Below, in pieces: positions 1 to 10,785 of a stretch of 64,000 bases of DNA. The stretch's first letter is position 1. Each line of letters begins with the position of its first letter. The position numbers were made by a program, and so were the translations under genes. The DNA is from Bacteroidota bacterium. GTDB taxonomy: Bacteria; Bacteroidota; Ignavibacteria; UBA10030. The notes below the pieces were generated by a model. It worked only from the letters and a program-made list of their open reading frames with translations, searched no databases and was not told the origin of the DNA. Location: NCBI GenBank assembly GCA_025454835.1, contig JALONQ010000003.1, positions 67,273 through 131,272 on the forward strand, read 5' to 3'.

Positions 1-14
1 ACGGCCCTACCTGC

Positions 15-102
15 CTCCCTGACCGGACGGCTCCGCGTGCTCCCTGACCGGACGGCTCCGCGTGCTCCCTGACCGGACGGCTCCGCGTGCTCCCTCGACC
101 GG
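15..102. repeat. 25-bp tandem repeat, 3 exact copies plus a partial copy
   Basis: CTCCCTGACCGGACGGCTCCGCGTG at 15-39, 40-64 and 65-89, then degenerate CTCCCTCGACCGG. Confidence 0.95.
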
Positions 103-120
103 GCGCGGGTCTCATAGAAC

Positions 121-150
121 ACAAAACGGCGGCCCACGATGGACCGCCGT
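121..150 (-). terminator. Intrinsic terminator after gyrA
   Basis: ACGGCGG/CCGCCGT stem followed by TTTTGT on the - strand, 30 nt past the gyrA stop. Confidence 0.7.
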
Positions 151-179
151 CTCGTTTGTAAGGCTTCGCAGCGTTCTGG

Positions 180-2819
180 CTATTTCTTGCCCTTCTTCTT
201 GACGGCCGCCGCGTTTGGTCCGGGTTTGGGCCCTTTCTTGCCCGAGAGGCTCTTTGTTGGCCCTCCGGCGGTCTTTGCGGGCGCCTTCATAGGTGGTGCG
301 AGTTCCGGCTTCACTGCCGCAGACTTCTTTTCCGGCTTCGGGGCTGGCGGAGGCTTTGGGGCCTCGGCGGCTTCCGCGATCTTCTTCTCCTCTTCCTCTT
401 CCGCCACCACGACCGCGATGTCGGCCACTTCGTCCTTCTCCTGAAGTCGAATGAGCCGCACGCCTTGCGTGTTGCGGCCAGCCACGCGCACGTCCGACGC
501 ATGCTGGCGGATGACCATGCCGCCCGTCGTAACGACGACAATGTCGTCCGTCTCGAGCACTTCGCGGATCGCCACCATCGAGCCGGTCTTGTCGGTGATC
601 TTCACCGTCTTGATCCCCTTGCCGCCCCGATGGCTGACCCGATACTCGTCCTCTTCCGACCGCTTCCCGTAACCGCGATCGGTGGCGATGAGGATCGTCG
701 TCCCCCTGCGTTGAAGCGTGATGGCTCCGACAACGCGATCGCCTTTGCCAAGCTTGATGCCGCGGACGCCGGCGGCGCTACGGCCCATCGGACGAAGCTC
801 CTCCTCGTGGAAGCGGATCGCCATGCCCTTCGCGGTGCCGATGACGACGTCGTGCTTTCCGTCCGTCAGACGAACGTCCACCAGCCGGTCGTTGCCTTTC
901 AGGTTGGCGGCCGTGATGCCGTTCCGGCGCGGATTGGCGAACTCCGACAGCAGGACCTTCTTGATGGTCCCCTCGCGGGTGACCATGAGCACGAAGTGTT
1001 GATCGTCGAAGGCCTTCACGCCGATGAACGAGGCGATCGTCTCGTCCGGCTGCTTGCCGATCACCGAGCCGATGGGCTTGCCTTTCGACGTCCGACCCCC
1101 TTCGGGGATCTCGAACACCTTGAGCCAGTAGCAGCGACCCTTGTCCGTGAAGATCAAGATGTAATCGTGCGTCGAGGCAACGAACATGTGCTCCATGAAG
1201 TCGTCTTCACGCGTCGACGCTCCCGTCACCCCCCGACCCCCGCGCCCTTGTCGTCGGTACCCGGACACCGGGAATCGCTTGATGAGGCCGCCGTGGCTGA
1301 TGGTGATCACCATGTCCTCCTCGGCGATCACGTCTTCGATCCGGAACTCCTCCGCCGTGTATACGATCTCCGTGCGACGGTTGTCGCCGTACTTCTCTTT
1401 CAACTCCAGCAATTCGTCCTGAATGATCTGCAGCTGAAGCGCCTTGTTCTTCAGGATCGCCCTCAGCCGCTCGATGAGCTTGATCGTCGCCTTGTACTCG
1501 TCCTCGATCTTCTGCCGCTCAAGGCCGGTAAGCCGCTGCAGCCGCATATCCAGGATCGCTTTTGCCTGGACCTCGGACAGCTTGAATCGCTTCATCAGAC
1601 CCAACTTGGCCGTCTCCGTGTCCTTCGAGGCCTTGATGAGCTTGATGATGGCGTCGATGTTGTCGAGGGCGATGATGTAGCCCTCGAGAATGTGGGCGCG
1701 CTTCTCGGCTTCGTCGAGTTCGTACTTCGTCCGTCGGACGATCACTTCATTCCGATGGTCGACGAAGTGCTTCAGGATCTCCCTGAGCGTCAGTACCTGC
1801 GGACGGCCGTCGACGAGGGCGAGCATGATCACGCCGAACGTCGTCTGCATCTGTGTGTGCTTGTACAGATTGTTGAGAACAACCTCGGCGTTTGCGTCGC
1901 GCTTCAGGTCGATGACGACGCGCATGCCGTCGCGGTCCGATTCGTCGTTAATGTTCGAGATGTCCTCGAGCTTCTTGTCGCCGACGAGTTCCGCGATCTT
2001 CTCGATCAGCGAGGCCTTGTTCACCTGGTACGGCAGCTCCGTGACGATGATCCGCTGTCGTTCTCCCTTGCCCGTCTCGATCGATGCCTTCGCGCGGACC
2101 ATGACGCGGCCGCGGCCGGTCATGTAGGCTTCACGGACCCCGTCGTACCCGTAGATGATGCCGCCGGTCGGGAAGTCGGGCGCCGTGACGTGCTTCATCA
2201 GCTTCTCGTTGCTGATGGTGTTGTCCTTGATGTAGGCGACGCATCCGTCGACCACTTCGCGGAGGTTATGCGGGGGGATGTTGGTCGCCATGCCGACGGC
2301 GATGCCGCTGGCTCCATTGCAGAGCAGGTTGGGTACGAGCGCCGGCATGACGCTCGGTTCCTTGAGTGTGTCGTCGAAGTTCGGGACGAACTTGACGGTG
2401 TCCTTTTCCAGGTCACGAAGGATCTCTTCCGCGATCTTCGTCAGGCGCGCCTCAGTGTACCGCATGGCCGCGGCCGAGTCGCCGTCGACCGAGCCGAAGT
2501 TCCCCTGTCCGTCGACCAATGGATAGCGCATCGAAAAGTCCTGCGCCATGCGCACCATGGTGTCGTACACGGCCGAGTCGCCGTGCGGATGGTACTTGCC
2601 GAGCACTTCGCCGACGATGCGGGCGCTTTTCTTGTATGCACGGTTGCTCGCGAGTCCCAGCCCTTGCATGCCGAAGAGCACGCGGCGATGGACCGGCTTT
2701 AACCCGTCGCGGACATCGGGCAACGCACGAGCGACGATGACCGACATCGAGTAGTCGATGTACGATCCCTTCATCTCGTCTTCGATGTCGACGGGGAGGA
2801 TCTTTTCGTTGGTGGCCAT
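180..2819 (-). CDS. gyrA: DNA gyrase subunit A
   Basis: [29 protein letters not shown] active-site Tyr, GyrA-box QGRGGRG, C-terminal pinwheel repeats. Confidence 0.98.
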   Translation of the reverse strand: MATNEKILPVDIEDEMKGSYIDYSMSVIVARALPDVRDGLKPVHRRVLFGMQGLGLASNRAYKKSARIVGEVLGKYHPHGDSAVYDTMVRMAQDFSMRYPLVDGQGNFGSVDGDSAAAMRYTEARLTKIAEEILRDLEKDTVKFVPNFDDTLKEPSVMPALVPNLLCNGASGIAVGMATNIPPHNLREVVDGCVAYIKDNTISNEKLMKHVTAPDFPTGGIIYGYDGVREAYMTGRGRVMVRAKASIETGKGERQRIIVTELPYQVNKASLIEKIAELVGDKKLEDISNINDESDRDGMRVVIDLKRDANAEVVLNNLYKHTQMQTTFGVIMLALVDGRPQVLTLREILKHFVDHRNEVIVRRTKYELDEAEKRAHILEGYIIALDNIDAIIKLIKASKDTETAKLGLMKRFKLSEVQAKAILDMRLQRLTGLERQKIEDEYKATIKLIERLRAILKNKALQLQIIQDELLELKEKYGDNRRTEIVYTAEEFRIEDVIAEEDMVITISHGGLIKRFPVSGYRRQGRGGRGVTGASTREDDFMEHMFVASTHDYILIFTDKGRCYWLKVFEIPEGGRTSKGKPIGSVIGKQPDETIASFIGVKAFDDQHFVLMVTREGTIKKVLLSEFANPRRNGITAANLKGNDRLVDVRLTDGKHDVVIGTAKGMAIRFHEEELRPMGRSAAGVRGIKLGKGDRVVGAITLQRRGTTILIATDRGYGKRSEEDEYRVSHRGGKGIKTVKITDKTGSMVAIREVLETDDIVVVTTGGMVIRQHASDVRVAGRNTQGVRLIRLQEKDEVADIAVVVAEEEEEKKIAEAAEAPKPPPAPKPEKKSAAVKPELAPPMKAPAKTAGGPTKSLSGKKGPKPGPNAAAVKKKGKK

Positions 2820-2833
2820 GGGTGGTTAAGGTT

Positions 2834-2914
2834 CAGCGTGGGGCTTGGGGCGTGGAGCGTGGAGCGTGGAGCCGGTCGCCATGTTCAATGCTCCGTGCTC
2901 CGTGCCCCATGCTG
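2834..2914. repeat. Heptamer tandem-repeat inverted repeat in the gyrB-gyrA spacer
   Basis: Left arm CAGCGTG GGGCTTG GGGCGTG GAGCGTG GAGCGTG; right arm CATGTTC AATGCTC CGTGCTC CGTGCCC CATGCTG. Confidence 0.85.
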
Positions 2915-2921
2915 TTCTCCG

Positions 2922-4988
<2,067 letters not shown>

Positions 4989-5047
4989 TCAAACGCTTCG
5001 TTGCGAGCGGGCGGCGATGCCGCGCGAAACTTCTCTTGCGACGGCTC

Positions 5048-5347
5048 TTACTGAAACCGAATGTCTTTTACGATATCGCTGCCAACGACGGCGTTGACCT
5101 TGCTGATAAGGTCTGCCTTGCGCATCGTCAACTCATAACGCCACGTCGCATTGGTGACGCGGACGGTAAGGACGCCGCGGTGGATCTGGGCCGCAGTCGC
5201 CACCTTCGCAATGTGCGCTCCGACCGCTTCTTCCCAACGCAGGACGGCGTCATACTCCCGGAGCCTCGGCCCAAGACCGAGGTCCTTGACCAGACCCCGG
5301 ATGGCATCTCCGAGCGACCTAGGTCCGCGAGTGTTCGACGTGCTCAA
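5048..5347 (-). CDS. DUF721/DciA-family protein
   Basis: 99 aa with WEEAVGAHIA...GVLTVRV...W..EL pattern; canonical position between recF and gyrB; TTG start overlaps recF. Confidence 0.8.
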   Translation of the reverse strand: MSTSNTRGPRSLGDAIRGLVKDLGLGPRLREYDAVLRWEEAVGAHIAKVATAAQIHRGVLTVRVTNATWRYELTMRKADLISKVNAVVGSDIVKDIRFQ

Positions 5348-6464
5348 CTCGACCCTTCTGAATGGTGAATCGTGACTTCATCGCGCCGCCGTGAACGTCC
5401 GTCGGCACCAGCCGCTCATCGGTCGCCGTCACGAACGCCTGACCCGCGTGGGCGACCAGGTCCAACAGATGGCGACATCGATGCGCGTCGAGCTCGCTGA
5501 ACACATCGTCGAGCAACAACAACGGGGTCTCGTTGCAGCGGTCTTTGAGGTACGAGAACTCGGCCAGCTTCAACCCCACGAGAAACGTCTTGTGCTGACC
5601 CTGCGACGCGAACTCACGAACGGAGCGGTCGTTGATCGACAGCTCCAGCTCATCTCGGTGCGGCCCAACCAACGTCGTGCCCGCCCTTGTCTCCTCGCGC
5701 TCTGCCGCCCCGATGGCCGTCCGGAACGCCTCGCCTGCCGCCTCCGTCGTCATCGACGCCTCCGGCAAGACCTCCGACGCGTAGAGAAGCGTCGGATGCT
5801 CTCTGGTGCCGGTAAGCGCCGCAAACGCCCGGTCCACATACGGGCGAAATTCTTCCACGAACTCTTGCCGCCGCAATGCGATACGGCTGCCGGTCCTGAC
5901 CAACAGGTCCGTCCAAGGTTCAAGTGCGGACCCCGGTGTCCGTCGCGCCAGCTTCGCGTCCAGCAGCACCCTGTTCCGTTGTCGCAACGCGCGCCGGTAT
6001 TCCACAAGGTCTTCCAGGTAAATGCGGCTCGCCTGTGATACGGTCAGGTCGAGGAACCTGCGGCGTTCCGCCGGACCCCCTGCCGTGATCCCCGCGTGCT
6101 CCGGCGCAAGCACCACCAACGGAAACCGGCCGATCAGGTCGGTGCGCCTTCCTATCTCCGATCCGCCGACAGAGACGCGCTTCGTTCCGCCGGGCACCTC
6201 ATAGACCGACTCCACCTTGAATTCCACCCCGCCGTCCGACGCCAGCGTCCCTCGCACCAGAAACCCGTTCGTTCCCATCTGCACCACCGTCGCATCTGAG
6301 GCGCCGTGAAACGACCGGCCCAGACAGAGGTACGAAACGCCTTCGAGGATGTTCGTTTTTCCTTCTCCGTTGTCGCCGAGCAACAGGTTCAACCCCGGGG
6401 AGAATTCCAGCGCCGTCTCCGCGTGGTTCCGAAACTGGCGCAACAGAAGGCGTGTGAGTTGCAT
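5319..6464 (-). CDS. recF: DNA replication/repair protein RecF
   Basis: Walker A GDNGEGKTN, GPHRDEL, SQGQ signature, LLLDDVFSELD. Confidence 0.97.
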   Translation of the reverse strand: MQLTRLLLRQFRNHAETALEFSPGLNLLLGDNGEGKTNILEGVSYLCLGRSFHGASDATVVQMGTNGFLVRGTLASDGGVEFKVESVYEVPGGTKRVSVGGSEIGRRTDLIGRFPLVVLAPEHAGITAGGPAERRRFLDLTVSQASRIYLEDLVEYRRALRQRNRVLLDAKLARRTPGSALEPWTDLLVRTGSRIALRRQEFVEEFRPYVDRAFAALTGTREHPTLLYASEVLPEASMTTEAAGEAFRTAIGAAEREETRAGTTLVGPHRDELELSINDRSVREFASQGQHKTFLVGLKLAEFSYLKDRCNETPLLLLDDVFSELDAHRCRHLLDLVAHAGQAFVTATDERLVPTDVHGGAMKSRFTIQKGRVEHVEHSRT

Positions 6465-6528
6465 CGGGGGGTGCGGCTGATGCCGGCGGCGGCACGGTCG
6501 CCGGCATCGGTGGCCGCGAAGGGCGTCG

Positions 6529-7641
6529 TCAGGCGTTCAGCCGCATCGGCATGACGAGCATCAGGACATCCTGGCCTTCTTTGTTCGCCGCCGGTGTAAT
6601 GATCGCCGCGCGCACCGGACTGCTGAAACGGAAGACGACGTCGTCTGAGTCGATATGCGACAGGATGTCCGCAACATAATGGGCGTTGAACCCGATCTCC
6701 AGGTCCTCGGCGTCGTACGAGCACGGGATCTTCTCGCGCGCTTCTCCGCCGAAATCAACATCCTCGGCCGCGATACGCACCTCGCTCTTCTTCACGGCGA
6801 ACCGCACCTGATGCGTGGTAGAGCTCGAATAGAGTGCCACGCGTTTGACGGCCGCCAGAAGCAGGTCACGCGCTATGGTGAGGTTCTTGGTGTTGTCGAG
6901 CGGAATGACCGATTCGTAGTTCGGGTATTTCTCTTCGATGAGCCGCGATGTGAGCGTCGTCGAGCCGAGATGGAACTGTGCGTGCGTAGCATCGACGGAG
7001 ATCTTGACGTCATGGTCTTCGATCGAGCGTCCGACCAGCACGAGCGCTTTCGCCGGGATGATAATGTCCTTCTTTACCTTCGCGCCGACACCGGCGAAGC
7101 CGATCTTGACGAGCCGATGGCCGTCTGTCGCGACCACGGTCAGATCCTTGCCTTCGAACTGGAAAAGCACTCCCGTCATCGCAGGGCGCAGCTCGTCGGA
7201 ACTGACGGAGAAGATCGTCTGGTTCACGATGCCGCTGAGCGTTGTGCCCGAGAGAATGACCTCGTTCTCGGCCTTCAATTGCGGACCCGCGGGAAACTCT
7301 TCGCTCGTCTCGCCGATCAGGTTATACTCGCCGCTCTCGGTGACCATCTTGATCTTGTTCGACGATGCGTCGGCGTGGAAGATGATCTGCACGTCGGGGA
7401 GTGCGCGCACCGTGTCGAGGATGCGTTTCGCCGGCACGGCGATCGATCCGTCCTCGGCTCCCTTTACCTCCACCGCGGCAGCCATCGAAACCTCCAGGTC
7501 CGTCGCAACGAGCCGAAGGGAATTCTTGTTCAGGACGAAGAGGATGTTCTCGAGGATAGGGAGGGTCGACTTTGAAGGGACGACTCCGTTGACTTTCGTC
7601 AGCGCTTTCTGGAGTTCACTGCTGGCAACTGTGAATTTCAT
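6529..7641 (-). CDS. dnaN: DNA polymerase III beta sliding clamp
   Basis: MKFTV start with upstream AGGAG, ATDLE, ATDGHRL, C-terminal LVMPMRL; start moved from 7719 in the ORF track. Confidence 0.97.
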   Translation of the reverse strand: MKFTVASSELQKALTKVNGVVPSKSTLPILENILFVLNKNSLRLVATDLEVSMAAAVEVKGAEDGSIAVPAKRILDTVRALPDVQIIFHADASSNKIKMVTESGEYNLIGETSEEFPAGPQLKAENEVILSGTTLSGIVNQTIFSVSSDELRPAMTGVLFQFEGKDLTVVATDGHRLVKIGFAGVGAKVKKDIIIPAKALVLVGRSIEDHDVKISVDATHAQFHLGSTTLTSRLIEEKYPNYESVIPLDNTKNLTIARDLLLAAVKRVALYSSSTTHQVRFAVKKSEVRIAAEDVDFGGEAREKIPCSYDAEDLEIGFNAHYVADILSHIDSDDVVFRFSSPVRAAIITPAANKEGQDVLMLVMPMRLNA

Positions 7642-7690
7642 GCCGGGTACTCCTGCGTCGGTCGGGTGGTAGAGTCGATACAAGTAGGCC

Positions 7691-7719
7691 AATATAGCGA
7701 AAAATCGCGGCCTCTCCAA
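7691..7719 (-). promoter_or_regulatory. Sigma70-type promoter for dnaN
   Basis: TTGGAG-N17-TATATT on the - strand. Confidence 0.6.
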
Positions 7720-7734
7720 TCGTTATTCAGCTTC

Positions 7735-8110
7735 GATATTGACTTAACTTATTACAAACAAACAACTTACCGCGATTCTCCATGGTAAGCTCACTAATTC
7801 AGCAATTTCCGAGGATTTGAATGCTTCGCATCGTCTGCTTGGGTTGTTGACACCCTTAGTAATAATATATGTACAGAAACAGAAAGAAGATGATTTATAA
7901 GGGTGTGGATAGTGGGGATAAGAAAAGCAGCGCGAAGCGATCAACGCGAAAAACAATAAGGATAGACTTCGCTGAGACTGTAACCACCGTGGATAACATG
8001 TGTCGAACGAGGCTCTTACTGACAAGTTGCCGACGGCGGTTGCTACGCTCGGATCGAGGGCTGGAGTTATAGACACACGGTCAACAGACATCCACATCGC
8101 TCTCCACATC
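7735..8110. other. oriC, dnaA-dnaN part, with unwinding element
   Basis: AT-rich tract; tandem DnaA boxes TGTGGATAG (7904-7912) and TGGGGATAA (7913-7921); box CGTGGATAA (7988-7996); weaker boxes at 8088 and 8100; NAN trios at 7874-7900. Confidence 0.85.
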
Positions 8111-8128
8111 GTTGTCGACAGGAGTGCG

Positions 8129-9565
8129 TCAGCCTCGAAGCTCCAGCTTGCGTCGGAGCTGGTCCAGCTGCTGGCGGAAGTTGGCGTCGGATCTCAACCG
8201 ATCGTCGACCGTTTGGCAGGCATGGATAACGGTGCTATGGTCGCGGCCCCCAAAGTGCAGGCCGATGGTCTTGAGGGAGGAATTTGTGAGCTCTTTTGCC
8301 AGGAACATCGAGACCTGGCGGGCGTGCACGACCTCCTGCTTGCGCGTCTTCGCGCGAAGGAGGTCGAAGGGCACATCGAGGTACTCAGCGACGAGCCGCT
8401 GGATCTGTTCGATCGAGACGGGGGCCTTCATCTCTTGCACGACCATGCGAAGCACATCCTTCGCCAGATCGGTCGTGATCTCCCGGTTCTCAAGAGACGC
8501 ACGAGCGAGGAGGCTGATCAAACAGCCTTCGAGCTCGCGGATATTCGTCGTGACGTTCGATGCGATAAGATCGATGACGCTCTGCGGCAGGTCGAGTCGA
8601 TTCTCCTGAGCCTTCTTCTGCAAGATGGCGATGCGCGTCTCAAGATCGGGGGCCTGAATGTCCGCCGTTAATCCGCACTGGAAGCGCGAGATCAGTCGTT
8701 CGTCCAACCCCTTCAACTCTTTCGGGGGAACGTCGGACGAGAGGACGATCTGCTTGCCGACCTGATAGAGCGCATTGAACGTGTGGAAGAAGTTGTCCTG
8801 CGTCTTTTCTTTGCCGGAGAAGAACTGGATATCGTCGACGATGAGCAGGTCCATCGAACGGTAGAACTGCGAGAACTCGTTCACGCGGTCGGCCTGGATG
8901 GCTTCGACAAAATCGACGGTGAACTTCTCGCTCGAGACGTAACAGACGCGCTTCGCCTTGCCGAGGGCGATAGCGTGGTTCCCGAGGGCATGCATGAGAT
9001 GCGTTTTGCCAAGCCCCGTTCCGCCGTAGATGACGAGCGGATTGAAGGATGTGCCGCCGGGATTGTTGCCGACCGCCAGCGCCGCCGCACGCGCCAGCTG
9101 ATTACTGTCCCCCTTGATGAAATTGTCGAACGTGTAGCGGGGATTCAGGTTGCTATGGATCGGCTGTGTGTATTCGGCTTTGTAGGCGATGTAGGGAGCG
9201 AACGACGGCATCGTGGCTGGCCGCTCTCCGGAAGCGACCGGAGCAGGGGCGGTAGCCGTCGCGTCCTGTGACAGTTCGTCAACGCCGATGGAGTAGAACA
9301 ACCGACCGTCGGGACCCAGGACACTCTCGACCGTTTTGGAGATCAGCGACCGGTAGTGCTCTTCGAGCCAATCGTAGAAGAACTGACTGGGCACCTTGAT
9401 CGTCAGATGTCCGTTCTCCAGTCGCAGGGGGACAACGGGCTGAAACCAGGTTTTAAAGCTCAGCGAAGAGATCTGAGGACGGATAATGTCCAGGCAGGAT
9501 TCCCACGTTGCTTGGGCTGTTGGGTCGGTCAATTCGGGGTACGGTGCGGGGAGCGAAGAGTTCAT
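8129..9565 (-). CDS. dnaA: Chromosomal replication initiator DnaA
   Basis: NPLVIYGGTGLGKTHL, LLIVDDIQF, NIRELEG, GGRDHSTVIHA. Confidence 0.99.
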   Translation of the reverse strand: MNSSLPAPYPELTDPTAQATWESCLDIIRPQISSLSFKTWFQPVVPLRLENGHLTIKVPSQFFYDWLEEHYRSLISKTVESVLGPDGRLFYSIGVDELSQDATATAPAPVASGERPATMPSFAPYIAYKAEYTQPIHSNLNPRYTFDNFIKGDSNQLARAAALAVGNNPGGTSFNPLVIYGGTGLGKTHLMHALGNHAIALGKAKRVCYVSSEKFTVDFVEAIQADRVNEFSQFYRSMDLLIVDDIQFFSGKEKTQDNFFHTFNALYQVGKQIVLSSDVPPKELKGLDERLISRFQCGLTADIQAPDLETRIAILQKKAQENRLDLPQSVIDLIASNVTTNIRELEGCLISLLARASLENREITTDLAKDVLRMVVQEMKAPVSIEQIQRLVAEYLDVPFDLLRAKTRKQEVVHARQVSMFLAKELTNSSLKTIGLHFGGRDHSTVIHACQTVDDRLRSDANFRQQLDQLRRKLELRG

Positions 9566-9593
9566 AACGCAGGCAGAACAGTCAATTCACCGG

Positions 9594-9798
9594 TTTTCCA
9601 CAACGTCATCCACAGACGTGGAAATCCAGATCTCTTGGGGTTAGGGAAGCGCTTACGACACTCACATGAACAGCGGACGGAAAAATCGTTGTCCCCGTGG
9701 GAGCAAACCAGAGTTAGCAACACCGTTTTCCACATATGCACAACAGCCAAACGGGCCAACAAATAGGGCCCATTCTTGGAGCCGCAAAGTTATCCACA
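9594..9798. promoter_or_regulatory. DnaA-box cluster upstream of dnaA (second origin part or autoregulation)
   Basis: TTTTCCACA 9594 and 9726, TCATCCACA 9606, perfect TTATCCACA 9790-9798. Confidence 0.8.
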
Positions 9799-9968
9799 AA
9801 CCATCCACCCGTGAGGATGGCTGTGTGTGGAGGCCCATTATACAGTACTTCAGCGGGTCAACGCAAGGGGAAAATTGACAAAGCCCGAAGATGAGAGATG
9901 GCCGCCGAAGGCAAGGTGCGTGAGGCGGGAGATCGAATAGCCGACCCATCGTTCCAGCGTCGCGAAGG

Positions 9969-9997
9969 TTGGAAGCGGCTTCAATTTTCTGTATATT
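9969..9997 (+). promoter_or_regulatory. Sigma70-type promoter for the rpmH operon
   Basis: TTGGAA-N17-TATATT, 33 nt before the rpmH ATG. Confidence 0.65.
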
Positions 9998-10030
9998 TCT
10001 TGGCTTGTTAGGAACAAGGAGCCAGATCAC

Positions 10031-10183
10031 ATGAAGCGTACGTATCAGCCGCATACCCGGAAGCGGCGCAACAAACACGGATTTCGCCAGCGAATGGCGA
10101 CCAAGAATGGCCGAAAAGTCCTCGCCCGGCGTCGCGCCAAAGGCCGGAAGAAGCTCACCGTCAGCGACGAACGCCGCAAGTAA
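10031..10183 (+). CDS. rpmH: 50S ribosomal protein L34 (missing from the ORF track)
   Basis: Hand translation [50 protein letters not shown]; upstream AGGAG. Confidence 0.97.
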   Translation: MKRTYQPHTRKRRNKHGFRQRMATKNGRKVLARRRAKGRKKLTVSDERRK

Positions 10184-10205
10184 GGCGGGTTCGCCCGGAC
10201 AACGA

Positions 10206-10547
10206 TTGTCCAAGACCGACATCCTTCGCGGCTTTCGGGTATTCTCGCGCGTCATCGGCGAAGGGCGCTCGACCGCCCAACCCCCCGTGCGCCTGTTCAT
10301 TCGTCCCGACCCAACCTTGGGTTCTTCGCTCAAGGTTGGGTTTTCCGTCTCACGCAATATCCGCACGGCCGTTCGGCGGAACCGTTGTCGACGCCTCTTG
10401 CGCGAAGCGTTCCGACTCCACCGTTCCGAATGCGTCCTCACCGGATGCGAGATCGTGCTCATGTATACGGGCGCTCCCGGCCGCAGGCCGCACTTGAGCG
10501 ACGTCGCACCGGCCGTGCGCACGCTGATGCGAAAGACCTCGGCATGA
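10206..10547 (+). CDS. rnpA: Ribonuclease P protein component (start uncertain, TTG)
   Basis: [26 protein letters not shown] motif; located between rpmH and yidD. Confidence 0.88.
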   Translation: MSKTDILRGFRVFSRVIGEGRSTAQPPVRLFIRPDPTLGSSLKVGFSVSRNIRTAVRRNRCRRLLREAFRLHRSECVLTGCEIVLMYTGAPGRRPHLSDVAPAVRTLMRKTSA

Positions 10548-10768
10548 GCCTTCCCGCCTCCATTTTGGTCGGCATCGTGCGCGTCTATCGCTTGCTCATA
10601 TCGCCCATCTTGCCGTTCAACCAATGCCGCTTTCTTCCGACGTGCTCGGAGTATGCCATCGAAGCGCTCCGGAAGCATGGAGCGTGGCGCGGCTCGGGCT
10701 TGGCGACGCGGAGGATCCTGCGTTGTCATCCCTACTCGAAACATGGCGGGTATGATCCCGTCCCCTGA
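10544..10768 (+). CDS. yidD: Membrane protein insertion efficiency factor YidD
   Basis: [36 protein letters not shown] overlap with rnpA. Confidence 0.95.
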   Translation: MSLPASILVGIVRVYRLLISPILPFNQCRFLPTCSEYAIEALRKHGAWRGSGLATRRILRCHPYSKHGGYDPVP

Positions 10769-10785
10769 CCGAACAACCTGACGCC

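Noticed and set aside
15..102. Possible CRISPR array
   Set aside because: Repeats are contiguous with no unique spacers and there are no cas genes in the window
465..2702. 745-aa ORF antisense to gyrA, and similar long shadow ORFs opposite lon, dnaX, dxr and the GNAT fusion
   Set aside because: Expected by-product of high-GC codon bias on the opposite strand; no recognisable motifs
7642..7719. N-terminal extensions given by the ORF track for dnaN, lon, GT4, serine hydrolase, amidohydrolase and the 592-aa barrel
   Set aside because: They overlap promoters or neighbouring genes; downstream ATGs match family N-termini or signal peptides
9662..10744. 360-aa ORF on the - strand
   Set aside because: Antisense to rpmH-rnpA-yidD and runs through the DnaA-box region
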